A DNA stretch of 64,000 nt from an uncultured Desulfurococcaceae archaeon (GCA_964592745.1 CAZQFL010000008.1:747-64746); one strand, 5' to 3'; shown: positions 31,116-41,529, counted from the first letter of the stretch. Notes: generated by a model not told the origin, from the sequence alone. Numbers and translations are program-made.

Positions 31116-31550
31116 GTGAGGGCTATGAGTAAGTGTAAAGGTAAAGTGGCAATAATTGTTGGTAGTAAGAGAGACTTAGAGTATGCTGAGAGAGCAGCTA
31201 AAGTGCTTTCAGAGCATGGCGTGGGCTACGATATCAGAGTTTTAAGTGCTCATAGAAACCCAAAGGAACTTGAGGAATACATAGTTAAGAGTGATGCAGA
31301 TATATTTATAGCAATGGCAGGTCTAGCAGCACACTTACCAGGCTTCATAGCCTCTAGGTCTGAGAAGCCCGTGATTGGTGTACCATTAAATGTTGCTTTA
31401 GGAGGTCTTGACTCATTATTAAGTATTGTGCAAATGCCCAAGGGAATTCCAGTAGCTACTGTTGGGATAAATAATCCTGAAAACGCTGCTTACCTAGCTA
31501 TAAGGATCTTGAAGTTATGCATGAAGATGTGCGGTGAGACCCGTGAGTGA
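31116..31550 (+). CDS. purE: N5-CAIR mutase-type PurE (class I signature)
   Basis: [17 protein letters not shown] (class I has SAHR, class II has SAHK), AGLAAHLPG and [16 protein letters not shown]. Confidence 0.9.
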   Translation: MRAMSKCKGKVAIIVGSKRDLEYAERAAKVLSEHGVGYDIRVLSAHRNPKELEEYIVKSDADIFIAMAGLAAHLPGFIASRSEKPVIGVPLNVALGGLDSLLSIVQMPKGIPVATVGINNPENAAYLAIRILKLCMKMCGETRE

Positions 31551-32562
31551 GGTTTGGACATATAAAAAAGCAGGTATTGACTTATCTAAGCATAAGCTCA
31601 TGCATAAAAGAGCACTTAACGCTATTAAGGAATTAGCTAAGAAGTTAAGTATTAATGTTAAAGATCTAAGTGGTTATGCATCTTCAATAGTATATAAAGA
31701 TAGAGAGATAGTTCTCCATGTGGATGGTGTTGGAACTAAGACATTGGTTCTTCAAAGGTTGAATAAGCTTGAAGTTATAGGTTGGGACTGTGTAGCTATG
31801 AATGTTAATGATGTTGTATGCGTTGGTGCTAAACCATTAGCTCTGCTCGACTATATAGTACTTCCTGAGAGTAATGAGGAGATATTCAATAGAGTAATTA
31901 ATGGTATTATTGAGGCCTCTAGGGTAAGTAATGTAGCTATAGTAGGTGGTGAAACAGCCATCATGCCGGATCTAGTCGCTGGTGTTGATGCTGCATGCTT
32001 TGTTATGGCCGAAAGACTCTATGATATACCTAAAAGAAATTTGGATGGTCATACGATCATAGGTATAGAGAGTTGGGGCCTTCATGCTAACGGATACACA
32101 CTACTTAGGAAGATCATTGAGAGTAAATTAGGTAGTTATAGTATGAAATTGGAAGGCATAGATATTGGTGAGGAGGTAAGTAAACCAACAGCTATATACT
32201 CTAACTTAATACTTGATGCATTAAGCAGGGGATTAATATCATCAGCAACACATATAACTGGCGGTGCGTTCACGAAGTTAAAGAGGATACTTAACAGCTC
32301 CTTCGACATAATCTTAAAGATGCCTGAGCCAAAGCCTATATTCAAATTAATAGCTAAACTAGGTAACGTACCGCCGACTGAGATGTATAGAGTTTTCAAC
32401 ATGGGTATAGGAATGGTTGTTACAGCACCTAAGGATTGTGTTGAGGAGTTTATGAACTTAACCTCAAAATATGGTTTTAAATCATGGGTTTTAGGTGATA
32501 TACGTTCAGGTAAAGGTAAGATATATATCAAAACATTTACAGGTGATGTAATTGAGTACTAA
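31534..32562 (+). CDS. purM: AIR synthetase PurM
   Basis: [41 protein letters not shown] and [19 protein letters not shown]. Confidence 0.9.
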   Translation: MRPVSEVWTYKKAGIDLSKHKLMHKRALNAIKELAKKLSINVKDLSGYASSIVYKDREIVLHVDGVGTKTLVLQRLNKLEVIGWDCVAMNVNDVVCVGAKPLALLDYIVLPESNEEIFNRVINGIIEASRVSNVAIVGGETAIMPDLVAGVDAACFVMAERLYDIPKRNLDGHTIIGIESWGLHANGYTLLRKIIESKLGSYSMKLEGIDIGEEVSKPTAIYSNLILDALSRGLISSATHITGGAFTKLKRILNSSFDIILKMPEPKPIFKLIAKLGNVPPTEMYRVFNMGIGMVVTAPKDCVEEFMNLTSKYGFKSWVLGDIRSGKGKIYIKTFTGDVIEY

Positions 32563-33664
32563 ATCGTTTAAGGAATTAATCAGTGGTTATCCAAGAGATA
32601 TTAAAAACGTATCGATCGCGGCAATAGCTAGCCACTCAGCTTTAGACGTATTTGATGGTGCTAAAGATGAAGGCTTTAGAACCATTGCGATATGCCAGAA
32701 GGGTAGAGAGAAACCTTACTTAAGATTTGATAGGGTTGTTGATATACCAATAATACTTGAAAGATTTGCTGATGTCTTAAGGAGTGATGTCATAGCTAAG
32801 TTGAAGGAGCTTAATGCTATATTCGTACCCAACAGAAGCTTCTCTGTTTATGTTGGTTATGATAATATAGAGAACAGGTTCCCAATACCTATATTTGGTA
32901 ATAGATACTTACTAAGGTATGAAGAAAGGACTGGTGATAAAAATTATTATAGATTACTTGATGAGGCAGGAATTAGAAGACCTAAGACCTTTACTAACCC
33001 TGACGAAATTGATAGACCGGTCATGGTCAAGATGCCTCATGCTAGGAAGAGAGTTGAGAGGGGATTCTTTATTGCTGTAGATCGTGATGACTTTTGGAGG
33101 AAGTTTAGAGACTTAGTTAATAAGGGTATAGTTCGTGAGGATGACTTACCTAAAGCTTCGATAGAGGAGTTAGTTGTGGGCGCTCACTTCAATGTTAACT
33201 ACTTCTACAGTGTTGCTAGGAGGAGGTTAGAATTATTAAGTATAGATAGAAGAATCCAGACAAATCTTGATGGCTTCTTGAGAATGCCTGCTGATGTGCA
33301 GATAGAGGTTAGTAAGGTTTTAGATATTGAGATGGTTGAGATAGGTCATGAAGCAGTAACGATTAGGGAGAGGATGTTAGGTAAGCTATTCGATATTGGG
33401 GAGTCGTTCATCAATGCTGCAAAGAAGATTGAACCACCTGGTGTGATAGGCCCCTTCACTTTACAACTCATGGTGACACCAGATCTTGATGTCGTAGTAT
33501 TCGATGTAGCTTTAAGAATTGGTGGTGGTACGAATATATACATGGGTATAGGTAGTCAATACAGTAAGCTATACTTTGGGAGACCAATTAGCATGGGTAG
33601 GAGAATAGCAATGGAAATCAGAGAATGTATTGAAAAAGAATGTCTTAGTGACATACTCACATAA
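32552..33664 (+). CDS. purP: PurP, copy 2 (last gene of the pur operon)
   Basis: [25 protein letters not shown]-terminus and an ATP-grasp core. Clear paralogue of ORF 20644-21741. Confidence 0.85.
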   Translation: MSTKSFKELISGYPRDIKNVSIAAIASHSALDVFDGAKDEGFRTIAICQKGREKPYLRFDRVVDIPIILERFADVLRSDVIAKLKELNAIFVPNRSFSVYVGYDNIENRFPIPIFGNRYLLRYEERTGDKNYYRLLDEAGIRRPKTFTNPDEIDRPVMVKMPHARKRVERGFFIAVDRDDFWRKFRDLVNKGIVREDDLPKASIEELVVGAHFNVNYFYSVARRRLELLSIDRRIQTNLDGFLRMPADVQIEVSKVLDIEMVEIGHEAVTIRERMLGKLFDIGESFINAAKKIEPPGVIGPFTLQLMVTPDLDVVVFDVALRIGGGTNIYMGIGSQYSKLYFGRPISMGRRIAMEIRECIEKECLSDILT

Positions 33665-33699
33665 AGTTATATATAAACGAAAGTTTTTAATCAATAACA

Positions 33700-34257
33700 T
33701 TAAAATTCAACCTTAACCTCCTCTTCTCTAACACCTAATACTTTATTTACGTATAAGGCTAAGATGTAGAGGTAATCACTTAGCCTATTAATATACTTAA
33801 TAATACCACCACATACGAGACTTGGTATATCCTCACTTAAAGCTACGATTCTCCTCTCTAACCTCCTACAAACGGTTCGAGCGATATGAAGTATTGATGC
33901 TACCTCATGCCCTCCTGGTAAGACGAATTTATCCGTAGATATTGTGCTCGAGTAATGGTCTATCCTAGCTTCAATCCACTTACTTTCACTCTCATCTATA
34001 CATTCACTTATAGTTTTTGCTTTAGCTATCAATGCTCCAATTCTAAATAAGTTAATCTGTACTCTTCTTAACTCTTCACATAGTTTCATTAATTCCTTAT
34101 ATTGTCCTAACTTTGACTTAGCAAGACCTATGAAGGAATTTAGTTCATCTATGGTACCTATAACTTCGAATACCATGTGACTTTTAGGTACCTTCACACC
34201 CTTAAATGCGGGTATGTACGACTTACCATCATCTCCTTGCTTAGTATATATTGGCAT
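33700..34257 (-). CDS. ATP:cob(I)alamin adenosyltransferase, PduO type
   Basis: MPIYTKQGDDGKSY... N-terminus (the TK-GD-G motif) and a helical bundle, about 185 aa. Start moved to the Met of MPIYT. Confidence 0.85.
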   Translation of the reverse strand: MPIYTKQGDDGKSYIPAFKGVKVPKSHMVFEVIGTIDELNSFIGLAKSKLGQYKELMKLCEELRRVQINLFRIGALIAKAKTISECIDESESKWIEARIDHYSSTISTDKFVLPGGHEVASILHIARTVCRRLERRIVALSEDIPSLVCGGIIKYINRLSDYLYILALYVNKVLGVREEEVKVEF

Positions 34258-34339
34258 GTTAATCACCAACTCTTTAGTACTGAATTACTTATAATTTCTT
34301 TAATAAGTCTTAAGTAGCTAAGCATTTATCAAGCTTGGT

Positions 34340-35110
34340 GTGATAACCTCTTGGGGTAGTTCATTGGCCTATCAGATGGGTAGGAAGCAATACGCCCTAA
34401 CAATAGCCTACGGCCAGTCAATGATAGCCTTATTAGTGGTTCTTAACGTGTTTTATCCTCAATACCTTAGCTATACATTCATAATTTTCATTGTAGCTAT
34501 GGTGATATTCACAGCCATAACTATGAGAACACAATTAAAACATATAGTTGGTAAGGAGGCTAAGGAAATTAAGGAGGGTAGAAGGTTATTCTCAATGGAC
34601 TCTAAGGATGTAATGGCTATTCAAAGTACTGATACTCAAGTGATTAGTGAGTTAAAGCCCATGTTTAAGGCCACGATGATATCGTTTCTATCTCTCATAG
34701 TGCTTTTCGCCTGGTATCCTCTCTACTTCGGATATGCAAGGTCTATAGCGTCAGCTGAGGGTGTTGACGTACTAACTAAGGTCTTAGTATTTCTGGCAGG
34801 ATATGAGATACCTTATGCATCATTCATGATAATTAATAGACTTACACAGAGGTCTTTAAGAGAGATAGTTCAAGTTGTGACTAAGTATGAAGTATACGAT
34901 AAGGGTATTGTAGGTACGGGTATAACAATAAAATTCCCACTCAATGATAATTACTCCATCAAGGTAAATAGTAGGAGAAAATTTATGGACATAATAATGA
35001 GCAGAGGTAGAGTTAAAGTAAGGTATAGGTTCTATACGAAGAATCCAACGAGATTAGTAGACATAGTTAAGAGGTATGGAAATCCGAAAAAGGTTGAGTT
35101 TGAAAGATGA
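34340..35110 (+). CDS. Integral membrane protein of unknown function
   Basis: Four predicted TM helices plus a basic C-terminal soluble domain. There is a 4-nt overlap with the downstream gene. Confidence 0.6.
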   Translation: MITSWGSSLAYQMGRKQYALTIAYGQSMIALLVVLNVFYPQYLSYTFIIFIVAMVIFTAITMRTQLKHIVGKEAKEIKEGRRLFSMDSKDVMAIQSTDTQVISELKPMFKATMISFLSLIVLFAWYPLYFGYARSIASAEGVDVLTKVLVFLAGYEIPYASFMIINRLTQRSLREIVQVVTKYEVYDKGIVGTGITIKFPLNDNYSIKVNSRRKFMDIIMSRGRVKVRYRFYTKNPTRLVDIVKRYGNPKKVEFER

Positions 35111-36516
35111 AGGGAGAAATATCAATACTACTCATAATTGTCTTATTACTTAACTCAACTTTAATAGGTAGCAATGTGACGCCATCTTATTATAGTACAT
35201 CAACTTTAAACGAAGTAGGTAAAAATATCATAGTTAAGGATTTCATAAGTATTAATGATACGTATATCCTAGTACTACCGTTAAGAGTAATTATGATATT
35301 GGATGAAACATTCTACACTATAGTGCCTAAACTCGAAAAAAGTCTTAACATGAGCTTTAATACTGCTCTATACATTCCCAGCAATGATTTGCTCATATTT
35401 GCGGGAGTGTTTAATAATAAGCCATTTATTGGCGTAATTAAAGGAGTAAACACTTACGGATCAGGAGTTCATGAAGTAACTATAAAGGTACTAATGTTAG
35501 ACATTAATGGCACGATAAACGATATTACATTATTGTCCAATAATGATATTCTACTTATTGGTACGGTTAAGGTTAATGACACAAAATACGGATTCTACGG
35601 GTATTTAACACTAAATAACATAATGAATCCAACGATGAGCGCAATGAACGTAAATTTAATTAAAGGTATGGATTTAGTGGGAATAACCAACTGCGAAGGC
35701 AAGTTATGCTTAATTAGTTACCAGGTTGATATCTTTGGAAGAAGCATTAGAATATCTCTACTAGGGTACAGTAGAAATCTTAGTAATGTAACATATTATG
35801 ATACCTTCAGCATCCCATGCCCTGAATGCACTACTTCATCTAAACTCACCGTTATGCCTTATTATAATAACTCGTTATTAATAGGGATTACCAGTGATAA
35901 CAAACTTTCATTGAAGTGTTTGAATATATTTAACCAATTACTTACATCCTCCACTATAGTGCTTAAGAAACCCATAACTGAGCTATCCCTTATTAATGCT
36001 ATAGGTAATGGTGAAGTTGCTATACTATTACACTTTAACGATTTGAGTGAGTCCTTGTTAATAAACATAACAGGAAATGTGTGCAAGATACTGACCTTGA
36101 ATAAATCTGTCATAGCGGTAATAGGTATGGATAGACATGTATTAGCTATTGATTTAAGTGGCGAGGCTACCCTTCTTACTTCAACACTTGGTAAATCGTG
36201 CGTGCTAAGTAACATAAGCTACATAATAATTAATGGTATTATGTCAAGAACAAATGTGCTAAAATTTAAGTTATCTATCAGTCAAGAGACTATTAACTTA
36301 CTGATAGTGGCTAAGCCGTATCTAGTTAAGAAAGAGTTAGTATTCACCGAGAGATACACTACTGTGAAGAGAGTAAATCAGACATTAGTACTCAATGTAA
36401 CACCTATTAGACTTAGTGAGGGAGTTAGCAGAAGATCCGCAGGTCTGCTGCTACTCATAACAGGAATTATATTACTTGTCATTTATATAGTTTTAAGACA
36501 TCACATTAGGGTATAA
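35107..36516 (+). CDS. Secreted, C-terminally membrane-anchored, sequon-rich surface protein
   Basis: Signal-like N-terminus (ISILLIIVLLLNSTLIGS) and a C-terminal TM + basic tail (LLLLITGIILLVIYIVLRHHIRV). Many N-x-S/T sequons (NST, NVT, NDT, NGT, NLS, NIT...). Confidence 0.6.
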   Translation: MKGEISILLIIVLLLNSTLIGSNVTPSYYSTSTLNEVGKNIIVKDFISINDTYILVLPLRVIMILDETFYTIVPKLEKSLNMSFNTALYIPSNDLLIFAGVFNNKPFIGVIKGVNTYGSGVHEVTIKVLMLDINGTINDITLLSNNDILLIGTVKVNDTKYGFYGYLTLNNIMNPTMSAMNVNLIKGMDLVGITNCEGKLCLISYQVDIFGRSIRISLLGYSRNLSNVTYYDTFSIPCPECTTSSKLTVMPYYNNSLLIGITSDNKLSLKCLNIFNQLLTSSTIVLKKPITELSLINAIGNGEVAILLHFNDLSESLLINITGNVCKILTLNKSVIAVIGMDRHVLAIDLSGEATLLTSTLGKSCVLSNISYIIINGIMSRTNVLKFKLSISQETINLLIVAKPYLVKKELVFTERYTTVKRVNQTLVLNVTPIRLSEGVSRRSAGLLLLITGIILLVIYIVLRHHIRV

Positions 36517-36567
36517 ACACATTAAATTAGCTATACGTAGTGAGTAAAAGGGCTAGGTGGTAATGGA

Positions 36568-37245
36568 ATGAACATAATCAAGGAGGCTATGGAGAAATTA
36601 CTTGATGGCAAACCCGTATTGATATACGATGATAGAAAACGTGAAAATGAGGTAGATATGGTATTTTACGCACCTAAAGTAACTCCTAAGCATATAGCCA
36701 TGATGAGGAGTTTAGCAGGTGGGCTCATATGCTATGTAATGCCTAGAAGTGTAGGTGAGGTCTTAGGACTTAAGTATATGGACGACATACTAAGGCTTTC
36801 AGGTTATGTGGAATTAAGCAGGAAAAGACTGAGATATGGGGACCCACCAAACTTTAGTTTATGGGTTAATCATGTAGATGTTGAAACAGGTATACGTGAC
36901 ACTGATAGAGCTAAAACAATAAGGGAGTTAGATAGAGTTGTTGAGTTGGTTCTTAAAGGTGAGGTTGAGAGAGCTAGGAGGAAGTTCTATGAGGAGTTCG
37001 TCTCACCGGGACACGTACCCATACTTTTAGGTAGGAGCTTAAAGGAGAGGAAGGGCCATACAGAATTATCGATAGCTTTAGCTCAATTAGTAAGCTTAAG
37101 ACCTAGTTTGGTAATTGTTGAAATGTTAAAGGAAGGTGGAGCTTTGAGTGTTGATGAAGCTAGGAAGATAGCGTTAAGGCTTAACACTGTCCTTATAGAG
37201 GGTAGTGCTATCATTAATGAGTGGAATAAGTTGATGGTTAGGTAA
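36568..37245 (+). CDS. ribB: 3,4-dihydroxy-2-butanone-4-phosphate synthase RibB
   Basis: PVLIYDDRKRENEVDMVFYA, GGLICYVM and GHTELSIALA are DHBP-synthase motifs. Confidence 0.9.
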   Translation: MNIIKEAMEKLLDGKPVLIYDDRKRENEVDMVFYAPKVTPKHIAMMRSLAGGLICYVMPRSVGEVLGLKYMDDILRLSGYVELSRKRLRYGDPPNFSLWVNHVDVETGIRDTDRAKTIRELDRVVELVLKGEVERARRKFYEEFVSPGHVPILLGRSLKERKGHTELSIALAQLVSLRPSLVIVEMLKEGGALSVDEARKIALRLNTVLIEGSAIINEWNKLMVR

Positions 37246-37246
37246 G

Positions 37247-37297
37247 TCAGTGAAGGGGGATGACTCATCACAGCTCAGTTACCGTGAGCCTCATCAA
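37247..37297 (-). ncRNA. C/D-box sRNA (antisense to the 3' flank of ribB)
   Basis: Minus strand reads UUGAUGA-12nt(GGCUCACGGUAA)-CUGA-GCU-GUGAUGA-14nt(GUCAUCCCCCUUCA)-CUGA. The core is 51 nt. The D-guide spacer is 14 nt rather than 12, and the first C-box position is U. Confidence 0.6.
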
Positions 37298-37365
37298 CCA
37301 TTTATACTGTAGTTTGAGAGGCTTAACTCTTAAGGATTGATACGAAGAATATATGGGTAGTATTC

Positions 37366-38094
37366 GTGCCTAGATTAGTGATCAATATACCTTATGAAAT
37401 ACTGGAGAAGGTAATGAAGAAGTACCCTAACCTACCACCCGAGGAGGCCTTAAGATCCTTCATAATCGATGCCGTGAGCGGTAAAGTTGAAGGATTGAAG
37501 GTAACTAAAGTTGTTGAGGGGGTATCTAAGGGTGTAAGTAGGGATGACATAATTAGACTGCAGCGAACTATTCAGGATATACTGAATCCCTATAGTGCTA
37601 AAGTTGACATGTTAGCTAGGAGAATAGGAGATATGATAGAAATTCTTGAAGCACTTAGCGAGAAGGTTACTACATTAGAGGAAGAGATTAAGAAGTTAAG
37701 AGAGATGAGAGCTGAAGTTGTAGTACCTACACCATCATACGCTAAGGAGAGGGGTAGGGAGCGTGTTAGGAGGTCAGCTGTTGAGATACTTAAAGAGCAG
37801 AAGGTAATGTTTGAGTCTGATATTGCCTCAAAGATAAAGAATAGGGATGCATTCTTTGAGAGATTAAAGAGGGATGGAGCAGTAGTTCTTGAATTACTTA
37901 ATGAGAGAGTTGCTGTTGACCCGGAATTCTGGAGTGAATTCAAGGATAAGCTAAGAACTATTAGAACATCTAACGAAGCTGAGATAGCTAAGATATTAGG
38001 TAGGGAGGGTTTAGCACTACTCAAGGCTTTAAGTAAGAGTGCTCAAGCATATTTCGATGCTTCAAAGAAAATGTGGATACTACTTACTGAGTAA
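37366..38094 (+). CDS. Hypothetical protein, possible N-terminal ribbon-helix-helix + coiled coil
   Basis: MPRLVINIPYEILEKVMKK looks like an RHH beta-strand/helix start. The central region is heptad-rich (LEALSEKVTTLEEEIKKLREM). No family recognised. Confidence 0.5.
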   Translation: MPRLVINIPYEILEKVMKKYPNLPPEEALRSFIIDAVSGKVEGLKVTKVVEGVSKGVSRDDIIRLQRTIQDILNPYSAKVDMLARRIGDMIEILEALSEKVTTLEEEIKKLREMRAEVVVPTPSYAKERGRERVRRSAVEILKEQKVMFESDIASKIKNRDAFFERLKRDGAVVLELLNERVAVDPEFWSEFKDKLRTIRTSNEAEIAKILGREGLALLKALSKSAQAYFDASKKMWILLTE

Positions 38095-39027
38095 TTTTTC
38101 GTGGCCTCTGAGTATGACTTTACCGTCTGAAGATAGAGCGGCCCAAGGCATGGCTATAGTATTGAATGACGCTCCTATAAAGCCCTCATTATCTACTACT
38201 ATAATACCTGCGGTATCCTTACCATGAACTCTTGAATGACCCTCTATAACTTTATTAGCTGCTTCATCGGCCTTCAACCCTTCTTCAACGAGTGTTACAG
38301 CACGTAGTGTTAGGAAACTCTTTATTATAGTCTCACCTATACCCGTAGCTACTGCTGCAGCTTTTCTTGATGCATAAAAACCAGCACCAGGAATAGCTGA
38401 ATCACCTACACGACCCGGTAATTTCATAATGACACCGCCGGTACTTACAGCTGCTGCAAGCATACCGTTGCTATCTAAAGCAACAGCACCTACGGTATCT
38501 CCTAAATCCCATAACTTACGTGCTAATTCATAACTATGTCTAAACCATGATGGCGGATTACCTCTTAGTGCTTCCCTTAAAAGCTCTTCGTAACGTTTCT
38601 TCACACGCTCCGTAGGACCTGGATGTTTTTCTAGACCTAGCCTCTTAGCCAACTCATCAGCACCTGAACCAACTATTAGTACGTGGTCTGTGTATTCCAT
38701 GACGTACTTAGCTAGCAATATGGGATTTCGAGGGTAGCTTACATTCGCTACAGCACCTATTTTACCGTCTGAAGTCATAACTCCAGCATCCATACCTATA
38801 CCTCCAAGTATATCGGTTACGCTGCCTAGTCCAGCATTAAGTACTCCAGAGTCTTCCATTATCTTAACAGCCTCAACAACAGCCTCTAGGGCTGAAGCAT
38901 TCTTCAAAATCTTGAAGCCTTCACTAACAGCTTTTTCAAGAACTTTATGCGCTCTCCTAACCAGGTCTAATGAACGCCAAGAACCCGCACCACCGTGTAC
39001 TAAGATTATGGGAGGTTTTAATCTCAT
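38080..39027 (-). CDS. Isoaspartyl peptidase / plant-type L-asparaginase (Ntn hydrolase)
   Basis: ILVHGGAG, autoprocessing/nucleophile context GDTVGAVALD, and STGGVIMKLPGRVGDSAIPGAGFYA. Confidence 0.9.
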   Translation of the reverse strand: MRLKPPIILVHGGAGSWRSLDLVRRAHKVLEKAVSEGFKILKNASALEAVVEAVKIMEDSGVLNAGLGSVTDILGGIGMDAGVMTSDGKIGAVANVSYPRNPILLAKYVMEYTDHVLIVGSGADELAKRLGLEKHPGPTERVKKRYEELLREALRGNPPSWFRHSYELARKLWDLGDTVGAVALDSNGMLAAAVSTGGVIMKLPGRVGDSAIPGAGFYASRKAAAVATGIGETIIKSFLTLRAVTLVEEGLKADEAANKVIEGHSRVHGKDTAGIIVVDNEGFIGASFNTIAMPWAALSSDGKVILRGHEKLLSK

Positions 39028-39099
39028 GGAGGAACCCCAAATAGAGAGTTAGTTGAAGTATAAAAGGATAGCTATTTAAATTATTATAGCAATCATTTA

Positions 39100-40245
39100 G
39101 TGAAGATCATGGTAGAATCTAATGAAGCAATAAGACTTTATGAATTAAAAATTAGGGTGCGTGAGGAATTAGGCTCCATACTCAGCGAAAATTCTAAAAA
39201 GAAAGCTTCAAGAGATCCCCATTCAAGGAGAAAACCTAGACCATGCGGTATAACAATACATCCCGGACATGGATGCGTATTCGGATGCATATATTGTTAC
39301 GTACCTGACATGGGATTCCCTTCAAGCGAGGTTAAACCATACCCGTTGAGTAGTTTAGAGCTTGTTTATGCACTATCTCTTAACCCTTATGTAGTACCTG
39401 AAAGAACTTTAGCAGCTTATGGATCTGTAACTGAACCCCTACTACCTAAAATAGTAAATAAAACATTGAGCTACATAAGGGATGTATGGAAATGGTTAAG
39501 ACTACCATCACAGATTAGTACAAAGGAAATCATACGTGAAGATATCGCTAAAAAACTTAAGGATTATGAACCAAGAATAAGCATCTTAATAACAATAATT
39601 AGTATAAATAAAAGTAAAATCTTAGAACCTAGAGCTCCTGACCCTCTTCTAAGACTTAGAGGAGCTAAAGTAGCCTCTAGCCTCGGTCTAAGAGTTGACT
39701 TATTTCTAAGACCTATAATACCCGGCATTACAGACAGGGAATACATGGATATCTTGAAACTCGCAGTAAGTCATGGTATAAAGGGTGTCGTTACTGGTTC
39801 TTTAAGAGTTACTCAAGGCATAATTGATCGATTAAAGAAATCAGGTATAGGTATTAATACAATAATCAATAGGCTGACAAGAAGTCCTAGAAGTAAGAGT
39901 GATCAGGTGCCTATATCAACACTAGATATTAAATTAAGAGTTGATGAATATGCAAGAAGGCTCGGTATGGATGTTATGCAATCGGCATGCGCAGCAAACA
40001 TATTATCACATGGTATGAGCTGCAGATTATGTGACTTTGGTCCCTGTGGTATGAAGTTTTACAAGCCTAGTGAGCGTGAATTAAGGGAATTCCTTGAATA
40101 CTTAGGAGTTAAGGTAGCAGAATTAGTAAATAGTGGTAGTGAGTTTAGTATCCTCATTAAGAAATCTAGGAGGTTCAGCACTACTTGGTTAAAGTATTAT
40201 CTATCGGAAGTATATAAGATGAGGTTTAAAATCATTGAGGAATAG
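39100..40245 (+). CDS. Radical SAM protein (SplB/COG1533-like), unknown substrate
   Basis: The CxxxCxxC motif lies in GHGCVFGCIYCYVP. There is an extra C-terminal Cys cluster CAANILSHGMSCRLCDFGPCG. Confidence 0.75.
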   Translation: MKIMVESNEAIRLYELKIRVREELGSILSENSKKKASRDPHSRRKPRPCGITIHPGHGCVFGCIYCYVPDMGFPSSEVKPYPLSSLELVYALSLNPYVVPERTLAAYGSVTEPLLPKIVNKTLSYIRDVWKWLRLPSQISTKEIIREDIAKKLKDYEPRISILITIISINKSKILEPRAPDPLLRLRGAKVASSLGLRVDLFLRPIIPGITDREYMDILKLAVSHGIKGVVTGSLRVTQGIIDRLKKSGIGINTIINRLTRSPRSKSDQVPISTLDIKLRVDEYARRLGMDVMQSACAANILSHGMSCRLCDFGPCGMKFYKPSERELREFLEYLGVKVAELVNSGSEFSILIKKSRRFSTTWLKYYLSEVYKMRFKIIEE

Positions 40246-40246
40246 G

Positions 40247-41356
40247 TTAAAGTATGACTGAACCTTCTCTTAGTATATTATCGCTTATTTCCTTGTAAGG
40301 TAATATTATTACATTTTTAGCTATGAGTACTTCATCATTTATTGTAACTTCATCACCTAAAACACTACCATCACATACCCTTACCCACTTACCTACGTAT
40401 GTAGCTCTACCAACAATACTACCCTCAATTAATGATGAACCCTCAATTACAACTCCATCAAGTAATATAGACTTATATATTCGTGTTTGAGGACCTATGC
40501 GCGACTTCCTACCTATAACTGCTAGTGGTCCTACCTTAGACTCTTTGTCAATAGTTACACTATCACCTATGTAGACCGGTTGCTCTAACTCTACGTCAGC
40601 TGATATTTCAGCCTCCTTACTTATGTAACCATTAGGATAGAAGTGAAGTAATGCCTCAAAGTTAGCTCTCTTATAGTCACTAGGTACTCCTATATCTGAC
40701 CATATACCCTCATATATGTAACCATATATTATACCTTCACTAACAAGTTTAGGTATGACATCCTTAGAGAGTTTTGAAGGAGTTTTTTCAGGGAAGTATT
40801 TAAGTACTTCAGGTTCAAAGATATATATGCCTGCATTAACTAAGTTTGACTTAGCTTTAGCTCTAGGAGGCTTTTCAACGAACTCCTTAATTCTAAACTC
40901 ATCATCTATTACCGCAACTCCGTATCTTGAAGGATCTTCAACTCTCGTAAGTACTAATGTTGCTATACTACCTCTAGACTTATGAAATTCTATAACCTTG
41001 CTTAACTCTATATCAGTAAATATATCTCCATACATTATGACAAAGGTACTATCTAAGTTATACTTTGACGCAATAACGGGGATAGGGCCAGCATCACCTA
41101 AAGGCTTAACTTCTTCAGCATAATCTATCCTTACATTAAATGATGACCCATCACCGTATCTATCCTTTATCATATTAGCTAAGTATCTGACCGATAAAAT
41201 TATATTCTTAATTCCTGACTTAGCTAAAGACTCGATAATCCAGTCCAGCAATGGTTTATCAAGTATGGGTAGTAAAGCCTTAGGACGTGTAAGTGTCAAA
41301 GGTCTTAACCTAGTAGCAAACCCTCCAGTAAGTATGATTGCTGTAATATCCCTCAA
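40247..41356 (-). CDS. Sugar-1-phosphate nucleotidyltransferase with C-terminal left-handed beta-helix domain
   Basis: AIILTGGFATRLRPLTLTRPKALLPI N-terminus and C-terminal hexapeptide-like repeats. TTG start. Confidence 0.85.
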   Translation of the reverse strand: MRDITAIILTGGFATRLRPLTLTRPKALLPILDKPLLDWIIESLAKSGIKNIILSVRYLANMIKDRYGDGSSFNVRIDYAEEVKPLGDAGPIPVIASKYNLDSTFVIMYGDIFTDIELSKVIEFHKSRGSIATLVLTRVEDPSRYGVAVIDDEFRIKEFVEKPPRAKAKSNLVNAGIYIFEPEVLKYFPEKTPSKLSKDVIPKLVSEGIIYGYIYEGIWSDIGVPSDYKRANFEALLHFYPNGYISKEAEISADVELEQPVYIGDSVTIDKESKVGPLAVIGRKSRIGPQTRIYKSILLDGVVIEGSSLIEGSIVGRATYVGKWVRVCDGSVLGDEVTINDEVLIAKNVIILPYKEISDNILREGSVIL

Positions 41357-41529
41357 GAAACCACCGAGAACTAATATTATAGCCCATTAATTTAAGTCTT
41401 TAATTACAATGTGGAGAATGTACTAGTGCTTCCCAAGAACCCTATACTAATTATCTATAACAACTATGGAAGAATACTTGATCAAATTTTGTTGTCAAAG
41501 AAGGAAGCTTAACTAGATCCTACCTTAAT

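Noticed and set aside
32136-32531. 131-aa minus-strand ORF
   Set aside because: It is antisense to purM, which has unmistakable motifs.
37590-38024. 144-aa minus-strand ORF
   Set aside because: It is antisense to ORF 37366-38094 and Ser/Leu-rich. The sense ORF has the more protein-like, coiled-coil composition. Neither has a known domain, so this choice is only moderately certain.
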